Source: Selaginella moellendorffii
Taxonomy: Eukaryota; Plantae; Lycopodiophyta
Length of the DNA stretch: 64,000 bases
Direction of reading: 5' to 3'
Assembly (NCBI RefSeq): GCF_000143415.4
Contig: NW_003314268.1
Span: 3,844,039-3,908,038 of the forward strand
A program made the position numbers and the translations under genes. Each line of letters starts with the position of its first letter. Position 1 is the stretch's first letter. Shown here one piece after another: positions 1 through 10,488 of the stretch. The notes under the pieces were generated by a model that worked only from the letters and a program-made list of their open reading frames with translations, made no database searches and was not told where the DNA came from.

Positions 1-623
1 GGTGGTGTTGAGGATGCTCAAACCAGGTAAGCTTTTAGATGATTCTTTGTATAAGCTTGATACGAATGTTTCCCTGTTCTCCTGGCAGTATGGTGGCGGG
101 ATTTGGATCTGGTGCGTGCCTTTCGATCGCGAGCGGCATTGGAGGCGAGAATCCAGTGGCGTCTGCTGTCACTACTGGCTTATCTTTCGGCCTTATTCAA
201 GCAGCGATGTTCAAGGTCTGTAAATTCTGCCGATTGGGAGTTTGTCATCCGTTCCTCTTTCCAGGTGACGCAAAAGTTTTACCAACCTCCGGGAGATGAC
301 ATTCAATACCTGCGATCCAAGAACATGCTACGAGTACTTGGACTGGAAAAGTACGAGAAGAACTTTAAGAAGGGCTATCTTACCGATGAAACTCTTCCCT
401 TGCTCACGGACAGGTCCGTCGCTACTCTGCCTATTATTTCTTGTTTCTGTGCTCATATCTCTTATATGCCTTTCAGTGCACTCAGGGACGTGAAGATTCC
501 ACCGGGACCAAGGCTTTTAATCCTGCACCACATCGAAAGGTCCGGCCGAGGTCATATAGTTTAAAATTCATTCTTCTCACGATCGCCCACTGCAGAAATC
601 TAGACGTCGCGAGGAGGGAATAA
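1..623 (+). CDS. 3' part of a Tim17/Tim22/PRAT-family protein with C-terminal SAM domain (HP30/TRIC-like organellar translocase subunit)
   Basis: Approximate exons <1-26, 89-215, 265-413, 477-539 and 596-623 are joined by GT-AG introns. They give AGFGSGACLSIASG..TTGLSFGLIQAAMFK, then the SAM-like MLRVLGLEKYEKNFKKGYLTDETLPLLTDSALRDVKIPPGPRLLILHHI; stop TAA 621-623. Confidence 0.85.
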
Positions 624-1923
624 AGGGAATACATTCTTGTACAATCACGATTTGTGCTGTGACGAGAGAAGTTTGAGGAACGCAAAGTTTTGATTTGGAG
701 GAGGATAATTGTTTGTGGCTGGTTGGCTGATACACGAGCAAAAAAACTTATTTCACGGAGAAGCAAACAACGAAGCAAAGGATTTTCACGCCACGAATCA
801 CGATGGGCGATTAATTTGGAGGAGATCAATCGAAATCCTTCCTCCATCCATCGCTTGCATCGCATCAAAGAAGCAACAAAAACAACACGGAAAAACCTGA
901 GAGTGAAAGACAGGCTCCATGAATGCGCTCCGCACGGCCCTCGAAGCGTGGCATTGAATGGCCAAGGCTGGAATTATTACCACATCAAGTTGTCAACTTT
1001 TAAAACGAGCTAGAGCTCGGATCAATGGCTGGATGGATGGATGGATGGAACCCTCCAATGAGGTAGCGTTTTACCTTTTTATACCTTACCCGGGGGTAAA
1101 AACGGGCAGGGATTTCCGCAACGGAATGCGCGATTCCCGGGCGGGAATGTGTCTAAGGTTTAGGGTTTATCAGATCTGTGCGCTTGTTTTTAGTCGCGTG
1201 TTTCAGCTGATTCGGTGCCAAATGCGAGGAATCTAGCAGCGGCGGCAGCAGCAAACGATTCTTCCGCCTCAGCAGATGCCAGTTCCACGATTCGCAGTAG
1301 CGGCGCCAGATAATCTTCGTGTTTCTCCGCATTTCTCAAGGTAATCTTCCCATTCGCGAATCGCGACGCCGAGAGCTGTGGTTGCGGGCATTGATTCTCG
1401 CTCTCTAGATTCACAAGGGCCCGGGCTAGATTGGTAAATCGTCCTCCAGGTACCGGACAGTGGTGGGAAAAAGAATTAAGAACAGGGAGATAGGGCTTGC
1501 TTGCGCTGGAGGCATCTGGTAGAATATAAGGCAGGGCAGGTGCTCACAGGATTCTTTCCTCTTCTTTTTTCTCCTTTTTTCTTTCTCTTGGGGGCTTGCT
1601 TTATGAATGTAGCCAGAGCTATTCCCGCTGTTAGTTCCTTGCTGCAGTACTACCGCGAGATTCAATGGGATTGAGTAGCGGCCTTTGTGGACGAATGGCA
1701 AGGCCACCAAGTTTTACTGCTGCTGCTGCTGCTATTACCATCTTCTCCAAAGAGGCAAGATCTGCGGCGACGTTACTACACTCTCCTGGGATCTCTCTCG
1801 GCTATGCTGGGAGGTCTGGCTCTACTGCTAGAAGCTGCTGGTAATGACGAAGATCAAGTAGAGCGGGATGGTGGTGGCGATGGAGCTTGGTGCGTAAAGC
1901 ACCATCATGGCGACCCGAGAATC

Positions 1924-4153
1924 ATGGACGAAGTGCAAAGAGGAACAAGATGGAGGAGGATATTTCTCTCATTGGTGGTGTCTGCCGGGGCGGGCATCGT
2001 TTTGCTCTTCATTGCCTTCGGCATTATAGTCTCTGCCGCGGGACAGAGACGACACCAGCGCAGTAGCAGTGGACAAGGCAGGCTTTCTCTTCTCGAGGAG
2101 AAGCAAAACTGTGAGTAACATCAGCTCTTTTGTTTTGAGTTTCGAGTCACACTCTACTGAAAGCTCTCCTCTTGTTTGTTAGCGTTTGTAGCAACTTGTC
2201 CGGATGGATGGCTACGAGGACCGGCTGATCGATGCTTTATGCTCGTCAACGCGAGCAGCACTTGGGAGGAATCCGAGACGAGTTGCCGGAACAGGAGTGG
2301 TCATCTGGCCTCTATAACTTCAGATGCCGAGGTCGCGTTTGTCAAAAGCCACTGTACCGGTGTCTTTGATCCGTGCTGGGTCGGGGCTGTGATATCCAAC
2401 ACCAGCCGGGGAGTTTTGTGGAGGTGGAGTGACTGTCACGTACGCTGGAATTTTTCCTTCGCTTCCAGCAATTGCTCCAGCTCGGGTTGCGTTAACTTGG
2501 GAGAATACTGCTTGTCTGTGTCAAGCATGCACGGGCTTGTACGTGAGAACTGTGGAGACAGGCATAGATTCGTCTGTGTTCTTGCTACGAAAGGTAACTC
2601 GGCAAGTTTGTATCGATTCCTTGTCTCTAAGCTTTTTTCTCTTGACTTGGCTTTAGAGGGCGAATGTATACGAGCTACAAACCGCAAAGCGTACCTCATC
2701 GTACTTATAGCCGTAAGCTGTTTGATACTTGTCACGGCATTAGCGATTGTCATCTGGCTTCTAGTCTATAGAAGGAAGAGGAGGAGGAGGAGATCGAGAA
2801 GAGCGCCGTCGTCTTCCATGGTGCCGCTCTCCTCGCTCAGACTATTTACTCTGGACGAGCTTAGGATCGCCACCAACAATTTTGGGATGGAGAACAGGCT
2901 CCGGGGTAGCACTTTCAAGGGGATTCTCTCCGATGGCGTTTTGGTGGCTGTTAAGAAGCTGGAACGATCGAGCTTCCAAAGCCGGAAAGAGTTTCTAGCG
3001 GAGATGAACCGGATAGCGCGGCTGCGGCATCCAAGTCTGGTGGCGGTCATTGGATGCTGCTACGATCACGGCGAGCGATACATAGCCTACGAGTACATCG
3101 CGAATGGGCCGCTCGACCTCTGGCTGCACGACCCCGTCAGGAGAGGAACGCTGGACTGGAGAACGAGGATGCAAATTGCGGTCACCGCTGCTCAAGGCAT
3201 AGCGTAAGTAGTAACCTGGTTAGTTTCTCGTTTTCTTCGTTCTTTTTACGATTCAAGCGTTGCATGTAGGATAGTATTTCATCATATGCATCCGTTCTTT
3301 GACGATTCAATGTAGGATCCTTCATTCTTTGGTTTACTTGAGTATTGTAGCATCTGGTTTGACTGTTTTTCCGATTCGGTGATTGATCTTTGTTCATTTC
3401 TTTTTTCAGTACAAACCGCTGAGCGTGCCATGCTTGGCATCTAGAAAACTCCGGCTGGTTTCACTGATATGCTTGCGTTACTTCATTCCTTTTTCTCCCG
3501 TGTGGCACTAAGGACTTCGCTCTGGCAGATACTTGCACGACCAAGTGAAGCCTCATGTCATCCACAGGGACATCAAGGCGAGCAGCATTCTCCTCGACGA
3601 CAAGTTCCACGGCCGCGTCATGGGAGTGGGCCTGGCCAGCGTCGTGCCGTGGGAGGCCGCCTACGAGCGCACGGTGGTGGCAGGGACGCACGGCTACCTT
3701 GCCCCGGAGTTCGTCTACCGCAACGAGCTCACCACCAAGAGCGACGTCTACAGCTTCGGCGTGCTCATGCTGGAGCTCATCAGCGGCCGCAAGCCGGCCA
3801 TGCCAGTGGACGTGGTGGACTGGCAGACCATCTTCGAGTGGGCGACGCCACTGGTTCAGTCGCAGCAGCTGCAGGAGATCATTGATCCGTCGCTCACGTC
3901 GATTCCCGCCCCCGCACACATCCAGATGCTCGTGGATCTCATCTACAGCTGCACGCAGCACGTCGCGTCCATGAGGCCTCGGATGTCTTACGTTGTTCAT
4001 CAGCTCGATCAGCTCAAGGACGTGGAGAGCTTGCAGCCCAGGCAGCAGCAGCAGCAGCAAATACAAGAGGTGGTTTATCCCGCGAGAGATGCTCGCTCCA
4101 AAGAGCCGGCTCTCATCACAGTCCAGTCGGAGATCATGGAGTCTCTCTTCTAG
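1924..4153 (+). CDS. C-type lectin receptor-like kinase (At1g52310-like)
   Basis: Hydrophobic N-terminus, CLECT domain (CPDGW..C..TWEESETSC..GHLASI..CWVG..WRWSD..C..RHRFVC), TM helix followed by an RRKRRRRR stop-transfer, and a kinase with VAVKKL, HRDIK, GTHGYLAPEF and SDVYSFG. Introns near 2111, 2593 and 3204. The start codon is inferred. Confidence 0.88.
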
Positions 4154-4312
4154 GCTCTCAAGGTTCCATTGGAAGAAAGAACTCGTTATGGTAGAAAGGA
4201 GAAACTTTGTGCTTGACTTTATCCATTAACGCCAGAATTGTCATTGTTTCCTCTCAAATACTTTTCTCTTTTTCTTTCCTGTGATTATTTACTTTGCAGT
4301 AACTCTAGTCCG

Positions 4313-4371
4313 CATGCAAGCTATGTGGCCAAGAACTTTACCATGCAGACTTCCGGTTAACCCTCTATAAA
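4313..4371 (+). promoter_or_regulatory. Two RY motifs (CATGCA) and a TATA box upstream of the storage-protein-like gene
   Basis: CATGCA at 4313-4318 and 4342-4347, and TATAAA at 4366-4371, about 100 bp before ATG 4468. Confidence 0.5.
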
Positions 4372-4467
4372 TTCACCGCGCTCGCTCCAGCTCTCCATCA
4401 AGCTCACGAGTTTCATCTCATTCGCTCTGTTGTTTTCTCTTTGGTTTCGATTCTCTAACTCCTCCAA

Positions 4468-4824
4468 ATGGCGTCGATCAAGTTCGTGGCTGCTGTCTTG
4501 GTGCTCATGGTGGTGGCCGCGGCGGCCATGCGCGACTGGAACGATTCCCCTCGCGACCGCCGCCGCGAGCGGGAGTGCCGCCAACTGCGCGGGCAGCTGC
4601 AGCAGTGCTCGCGCGACAGTCCCTCGCCCCAGTGCTGCAGTGTGGCGCGCCAGTACGTGGAGAGCAAAGGTTGCCGCCCTCGCGACATTGGAGCCGACCT
4701 CCTCCAGCACTGCCAGCAGCAGCAGCAGCAGCGAGGCGATGACGATGACGATCAGGAGCGCCGCCGCTACTACAACGACGACGATGATCGAGGTAAAGCC
4801 AGCTATAAACTTTCTTGGTCTTGA
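4468..4824 (+). CDS. Small secreted Cys/Gln/Arg-rich protein, prolamin-superfamily (2S albumin/nsLTP-like)
   Basis: 118 aa, intronless, GC-rich. Signal peptide MASIKFVAAVLVLMVVAAAA, cysteine skeleton C-x9-C-x8-CC-x11-C-x12-C, poly-Q and RE/RD-rich segments. Confidence 0.65.
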   Translation: MASIKFVAAVLVLMVVAAAAMRDWNDSPRDRRRERECRQLRGQLQQCSRDSPSPQCCSVARQYVESKGCRPRDIGADLLQHCQQQQQQRGDDDDDQERRRYYNDDDDRGKASYKLSWS

Positions 4825-5324
4825 TTTCTTCTTCATTGCTTTTGTTTTCCAGAGGTTCTCGACTTCATCCGTGGAGCATGGTTCTAGATCGTAGAGACTG
4901 TGGAGAGCATGAAAATGGATGGGAGCTGATCGCTCTAAATAAATGCTCAGACTTGGAGTAATAATAAGAATTTGTTTGTGTGACAGCTTTTTACATGAAA
5001 TATATCTAGAAAAATTAGTCGAATAAACAAAAAAATGTGTGATAGAATAGAAGCTTTCACAAACAAGTAAAGATGCTTCGAAAAAAGCTATGTGATCATT
5101 TATGCAGACCATCTGAAGAGCATGAAAATGCAATTGCACGATAACTAACTGTAAGGGATGGTGGCACAGATGGTCAGCACGTATATTTCATCGCTGGTGC
5201 AAACTTGAGGTCGAGACATTGCTTTTTCAAAAGAGGTTTCTTGATTAGTGCTATATATTTCGATCAAGCAACATATTTCAGTTTAGGTTGTAGATGAAAA
5301 CAATTCCCTCTCCTCTCGTTTTAA

Positions 5325-6203
5325 AGGAGCTCCTGAGTTTTAAAAACTCTCTTGTAGGAAACCAGGGTCTTATCTTCTGCAGGGACAGTATCAGTTCTTT
5401 GAATGAACTCTACAGGTTGATTCTGCGGATGGATTGTAGGTTAGCTTTAACGAAAAAGAGTAAGCATCAGGAAATCTGGGTGAGCAAACACAATTAAACA
5501 CAATTATCATCGTTCAGATGGATGCCACACTAAGATGGAAACTTGGTTATTAAGGAATGGGAATGCAGCTGGAGTGTATTGTGAGCCCCAGCCAGAATGT
5601 AGATCACCATCACTTTCATGCGTAACAATTGCTGACAAGCTCCATCAATCACTGAAGAATTCCTAAAATATAGCTGATTGTCAATCACAGATAAATTCCT
5701 TGCATATAAAGTCCTACCATTAGTCACTAATGAGTTCCTTGCATAGAATCTGCTATGATTGTTGACAACAAGCTGATAAAGTTCAAGTACTCAGTACATA
5801 TGCCTCCACAAAATGTCAATCTATTCGAATTGCTGGCAGCATCCACGGAAATTCGTCCAACAATTTCAGTGAGTGAGTCCCATACGTATGTGGGATGAAA
5901 ATTGAAGGGGATAGAGGGATCAGGATCACAGATTAGAAACTGATTGCTTATAACTAAAGGCGCATTCACGGACAAAATGAACTTCAGCCGTTGTTAAACT
6001 CTAAATTTAAAACTGACCTTCCTACTGAAATTAGATTATATTCATTATACGATTAATATGCCCAACAAGGTGTAAAATACTAATTTGGAACTGTGACAGA
6101 TTTCTGCGAAAGATGGTAAGAGGTTGAAGATGGTATGAGGGGGTTGACAAGCAACCCACAATAAAAGTAACACCAAAATAGTTGATACATCACAGTATAA
6201 CAT
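5325..6203. pseudogene. Degraded paralog of the 9439-10488 bulb-lectin gene, with the lectin segment inverted
   Basis: 5601-6203 aligns in the same orientation to 9840-10488. 5325-5600 aligns to the reverse complement of ~9530-9840 (ISSLNELYRLILRMDCRLAL..QEIWVSKHN). Several frameshifts and stops. Confidence 0.85.
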
Positions 6204-6399
6204 TTTGATTGGCTTAGTTTCATAATTCTAGAGATTTCTGGAAAACTATTTGGGTTAAAGCCTTTTCGTTTGCTTAAGGGCTATAGTATTACCCTTTTTT
6301 GTTAAAAGTAGGATTTAAAATCAAAATTTTTAGTTAATTAAAAATGGTTTAAAATACAGCATTAATCCATTTTAATTTGAGTTTAGTATGAATTTTATA

Positions 6400-6600
6400 T
6401 TTTTTGGTTTGTTTAAGCAACCCTAAAATATGACAATATTCTACCATCTAACGGTTGTTATTCTTTTAGATTAATCTTCTATTTATTATTTATAATATAA
6501 ACTTTCTTAAACACTTCTGATTAATCTTGCGTTTATAAATTATAGCTAAAGGTTTGAATAAGATTATTAGATTTAAATAATTTGTTGTCCGCTACATGCA
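6400..6600 (-). repeat. AT-rich dispersed repeat, copy 1 (inverted relative to 8818-9100)
   Basis: The reverse complement shares blocks TGCATGTAGC, TAATTTATAAAC.CAAGATTAATC, GTTTAAGAAAGTT, ATTAATCTAAA.GAAT.ACAACC.TTAGATG and CAAACCAAAAA with 8818-9100. Confidence 0.65.
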
Positions 6601-6703
6601 CGTTTAATAGTATTGCTATTCATTTTTAGTATTATTTATTAATCGAATTGATCAATCAGAATTTTATAACTAAACAGAATAAAAGTAAATGTGGTAATTA
6701 AAA

Positions 6704-7294
6704 TCAAATATTTATTCTCTCTGGGCGTTGATTGACACGAACAACCCAAGGTTTCCCACTTGCACTCTGAACTTGAATTCTCCCAATCTTCTGGAGCGCA
6801 GCTGGAACATCCACCTCTCCACAGTTGGCAGCAATGGCGTCCAAGTGTGGCCGCAAATCTTCAAACAAGCTGTCCTTTCCATCGCTCATCTCAACCATGA
6901 AATTGGGAACCACCAGCCCGTTCCCCGGCTGCTTGTCAAAAGCCGTCTCAGTGTCATCAAGCCACACCACCCTCGCTAAATCGCGTCCGAATGCTTGGGC
7001 GCTCAGATCTTTGCTCCTGGTAGGGCACGATTCCCTGCTAAGCCTCTGGGAGATCAAAGTTCCCGTGGGATCCAGCTTGTCCGCTATGCCATTCACATAA
7101 GGCTCGTAGTTGTAGGAAAAGATGACAATCTCATACAGCTTTGCCATGTCTCGCAGGAATTTGTCAAGGCCCGGACGTTTGTAGACGGCATAGCCCTCAA
7201 CTACCATGTCAGCTCCCATACCTGAGGAGTTTTTGAGCCTACGAGCGCAAATCAGCGTTCCATCGAGATCCAGCACCAGAGTTGGCTTGCCCAT
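6704..7294 (-). CDS. NIF/FCP1-like (CTD small phosphatase/TIM50-like) HAD phosphatase, intronless
   Basis: LVLDLDGTL (DxDxT), YKRPGLDKFL, YEIVIFS, DKLDP..ISQRLSRESC, KDLS..GRDLARVVWLDD and QPGNG. First ATG at 7294. Confidence 0.85.
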   Translation of the reverse strand: MGKPTLVLDLDGTLICARRLKNSSGMGADMVVEGYAVYKRPGLDKFLRDMAKLYEIVIFSYNYEPYVNGIADKLDPTGTLISQRLSRESCPTRSKDLSAQAFGRDLARVVWLDDTETAFDKQPGNGLVVPNFMVEMSDGKDSLFEDLRPHLDAIAANCGEVDVPAALQKIGRIQVQSASGKPWVVRVNQRPERINI

Positions 7295-7360
7295 TGTTAG
7301 GTTTCTACCCAATAGAGCTTTGTAATTTATAAGGAAGTAAACCTTTTCTAATCCCTTTTG

Positions 7361-7931
7361 TTATTTGTTCTTCGCTGAGGCTTGCCTTCTTTCTCTGGCT
7401 CTTTTCTGCAAGCAAACGAAAGATTGGAAGATTTTGACATTGTAGCGGAGCTTACCCTGCAGTCTGCGACCATCTGCGGCATTCTCTGCATAATCTCGGC
7501 AGTGGTCTTCCTCCTGAAATCGCGAATCAAGCAAAGCATTTGGAAGAGTTTGATGCAAACCTCTCGGCAGAGATCCTGTCGCCCTTGTGACCCTTCATCA
7601 CGTTCCTCATCTCCTTGCGTGGCTTATCGTAAGGCCAGTCTCTACACGAGCAAAAGTCCCAATGGGGAAAAGGAAGGGCGAAGAACAAAAGAAGAACTGA
7701 GAAAGAGTAGAGAAATGTGAGAAAATCTTACCCTCCCGCGAGCAGCACTTCCCTCTTGATCTTGGCCCTCTGGCGAGCGCTGATCTGCAGCGGCTTCCAG
7801 CGGTGATCCTCCCAGTAGCCCCACACGCCCTTCTTGAGCTCCTCGCCCCATCGCTTGAGCTTCTCCACGGGCATCTGTGGCGCCGGCATTGACGCTATGC
7901 GCTTCATCCACTCCGCTCGCCCGCCCCCCAT
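7361..7931 (-). CDS. Mitochondrial ribosomal protein mL59 (MRP-L25 family), 4 exons
   Basis: The spliced product reads WKPLQISARQRAKIKREVLLAGGDWPYDKPRKEMRNVMKGHKGDRISAERRKTTAEIMQRMPQMVADCRKRARERRQASAKNK*. It has three GT-AG introns with consistent phases. Confidence 0.8.
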
Positions 7932-7947
7932 TCTCTCTTACCAAGAA

Positions 7948-7956
7948 TTAGGGTTT
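7948..7956 (-). promoter_or_regulatory. Telo-box (AAACCCTAA) just upstream of the mL59 start codon
   Basis: TTAGGGTTT on the + strand. Telo-boxes are typical of plant translation-machinery genes. Confidence 0.4.
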
Positions 7957-7967
7957 ATCAGTTGTAT

Positions 7968-8080
7968 GAAGGCAATGGCTGCTGCAGCAAGAAAGAACTC
8001 CAAACGCCATGTTTTTGTTCTTCTTTTCTCTTATCGTTTTTATCCAGGCCCAAAGAGGACTGTTTAATCAGATGTGTACG
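7968..8080 (+). pseudogene. Isolated exon-intron-exon fragment of an S28 carboxypeptidase gene
   Basis: GCTGCAGCAAGAAAGAACTCCAAACGCCATGTTTTTGTTCTT..ATCCAGGCCCAAAGAGGACTGTTTAATCAGATGTGTAC closely matches 14078-14187. Confidence 0.75.
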
Positions 8081-8817
8081 GTTTAACGAGCTCCCGAGCG
8101 CGTCCAGTTCTGGAGCTAGATTCCCTGGCCTCAAGCCGAGCAATTGTGAACTGGTTTGATCAAAACAATCTTGAGTACAAGATCGCCAAACTTTTGTCTT
8201 GAGTTGACGGCCTACAGTTGTTCCAGTCACCGAGTGATCCACTCTGTCTCGGTGGCCGCTGGGACGGGGCCCCATCGTCCCCATCGCCCGCCCCAATCGC
8301 CAGCGGATTGTGAAAGTTGTTGTGGACTGTGTCTTATTTGGGATCTGGGTGCTGCATGACTTACGCTCTTTCTCCTGCCTTGAGTTTTCTTTCCAGAATT
8401 TTTAAACATGGTTTCCCTAGCAATGGCTGTGATGGCATTGGCGTAAAGCTGTCTTGTAATTTGAAAAATGTTGTTAGGCTAGATCAACGGGAGTGTGATC
8501 ACTTTGGGCTCCATTCTGGCTTATGTTGTACTGGGCATTGGGCCTCACAAGACGGTGGATCATCCTGGACGTTGAGTAGATTGCGATCTAGAGCTGGAGC
8601 AAAGTTTCACACCAAAAGCAGGGTGAGCTTGCTAGATTGTGAGCTTTGCCAGCTGTAAAAGGTCAAAGCGGCTATTATAGTGCGGCTATTTGCACCTCAT
8701 TCAAATTTGAGAACCCAGCGGTGGGAAAGAAAGTTTTGGCTTTAATTTGATCTTAAATTAATAGTTAAAATCAGTATTCTTTGATGTTGATTTCCTGTAT
8801 AAATAAATTGTTACATG

Positions 8818-9100
8818 TTGCATGTAGCACGCTTGGTTTGCTTAATAGTAGATCAAATAAAATTTATGTTTGTAATTTATAAACACAAGATTAATCTTAT
8901 TGTATATCAACCATTAGATAATAAAATAAAAAAGAATATACTAGAAAGCGTTTAAGAAAGTTTATAAATTATAAATATAAAATTAATCTAAATGAATCAC
9001 AACCATTAGATGTAGAATATCCTAGAATATTTAAGCATATTCTAGATATATCCACTCCAATCTCTTTACAGGTTTGCTTAACTTAAGCAAACCAAAAATA
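8818..9100 (+). repeat. AT-rich dispersed repeat, copy 2; a partial third copy lies at ~11668-11720
   Basis: Inverted match to 6400-6600. Contains the hairpin CTAGAATAT..ATATTCTAG, also seen at ~11687-11710. Confidence 0.6.
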
Positions 9101-9438
9101 GGGAAAAGATAGTTTGTGAATTTAAGTTTTATATTTCTTACTTTTTTCCTCGCAGGCTTTGCTTTGCCAATAGCATTGTGGAAGCTCAAACAGATTTAGC
9201 AAGTTGGTTTGATCTTAAAGCAATAGTCTTGGCTCAAGGATTGATCACTCCCCTTGGACTTGGGATCTTGTGAAGTAAGATGCAGCTCCTGAGCCTGGTT
9301 GCAAGGAAGTTTAATAATGAGGTTCAAGCCTCTCTCATCTTATTCAAACAATTGAATACCTTTAGAGGCATTAATCTTATTATACATATGGTGGCAAAAG
9401 TTAAACATCAAAACCTAGCCTCTTCAAGAAACTGTGAT

Positions 9439-10488
9439 TCAACTTAGTGCTTGCCACCAGATTTCATGAGTATCCAAGTTATAGATGAAAACATTTCCGT
9501 CTCCTCTAACAACAACACTAGTAGGCATAATGCAATTTGGTTGGGGCTTACAATACACTCCAGCTGCCCAAAAAACATTCCCATTGATGTCCTTAATAAC
9601 CAAGTTTCCATCATGTTGTTGTATAGCATAGCATCCATCAGAAGGATGATAATTATGTTTGCTTACCCAAATTTCCTGATATTTCCTCTTTGTCATTAAG
9701 GCTAATTTACAGTCCATACGCAAAATCAACCTGTAAAGCCCATTCAATGAACTGATACCATTTCCTTGTAGAAGGTAAGATCCAGGTTCCTTGACTTGGC
9801 TCCCTATAAGAGAGTTTTCAAAACTCCAGCAGCTCCCTTGATCACTATCACTTTCATGGGTAACAATCATTGAGGAACCGTTTGCATATACATTGCGACC
9901 ATCAATCACTGATGAATTTTTTACATAAGGTGAAATTCTTGCATATGAAGTGCTACCATTTATCACTGATGAATTCATGGCATGCAAACTACGATTATTG
10001 TAGACATTAACCTGATAGCTGATTGCAAAGTTCAAAAACTCAGTGCGTATGCCTCCATGAAATGTCAATCTAGTTGCATCGATAGCGGCATCCACAGAAA
10101 TCCGTGCAGCAATTCGAATGAATGAGTTCTGTACATGTGTGGGATGAAAATTTACCAGGATTAAGGGATCAGTAACACAGATTATATACTGATTATTTAC
10201 AACTAAAGGGGCATTCACATACAAATAAAAACTCACCCTGGTGTTACCAAACCACAAATCTAAAATTGACCCTCTTACTGAAATTTGAGGATTGCCACTG
10301 TATACACGATTAATATGCTCAACAAGCTGTCGCATACTAGTTCTAAACTGTGACAATGATAATGTATGGAGATTTCTACGAAAGATTGTAAAAGGCTGAA
10401 GTTGGTATGGGTGAGGTGGGGGTGATTTAACGCAAGTAACCTGTAACAGAAGTAACATCAAGAGAGTTGCAATGCTGTGGTATAACAT
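9439..10488 (-). CDS. Secreted protein with an unknown N-terminal domain and a C-terminal bulb-type (GNA-like) mannose-binding lectin domain
   Basis: 349 aa, intronless, with a signal peptide. Three QxDxNxVxY-like subdomains: LRMDCKLAL, IQQHDGNLVIKD and VRGDGNVFIYN..IW. Confidence 0.8.
   Translation of the reverse strand: MLYHSIATLLMLLLLQVTCVKSPPPHPYQLQPFTIFRRNLHTLSLSQFRTSMRQLVEHINRVYSGNPQISVRGSILDLWFGNTRVSFYLYVNAPLVVNNQYIICVTDPLILVNFHPTHVQNSFIRIAARISVDAAIDATRLTFHGGIRTEFLNFAISYQVNVYNNRSLHAMNSSVINGSTSYARISPYVKNSSVIDGRNVYANGSSMIVTHESDSDQGSCWSFENSLIGSQVKEPGSYLLQGNGISSLNGLYRLILRMDCKLALMTKRKYQEIWVSKHNYHPSDGCYAIQQHDGNLVIKDINGNVFWAAGVYCKPQPNCIMPTSVVVRGDGNVFIYNLDTHEIWWQALS

Noticed and set aside
3533-3720. 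Novel pseudokinase (MGVGL instead of DFG)
   Set aside because: To my knowledge this substitution is a general trait of the plant C-type lectin RLK family, not specific to this locus.
8080-8660. LRR or other gene remnant
   Set aside because: No convincing motif or consistent frame.
9150-9438. Kinase remnant (VAKVKHQNL-like)
   Set aside because: Single weak motif with no other kinase subdomains.
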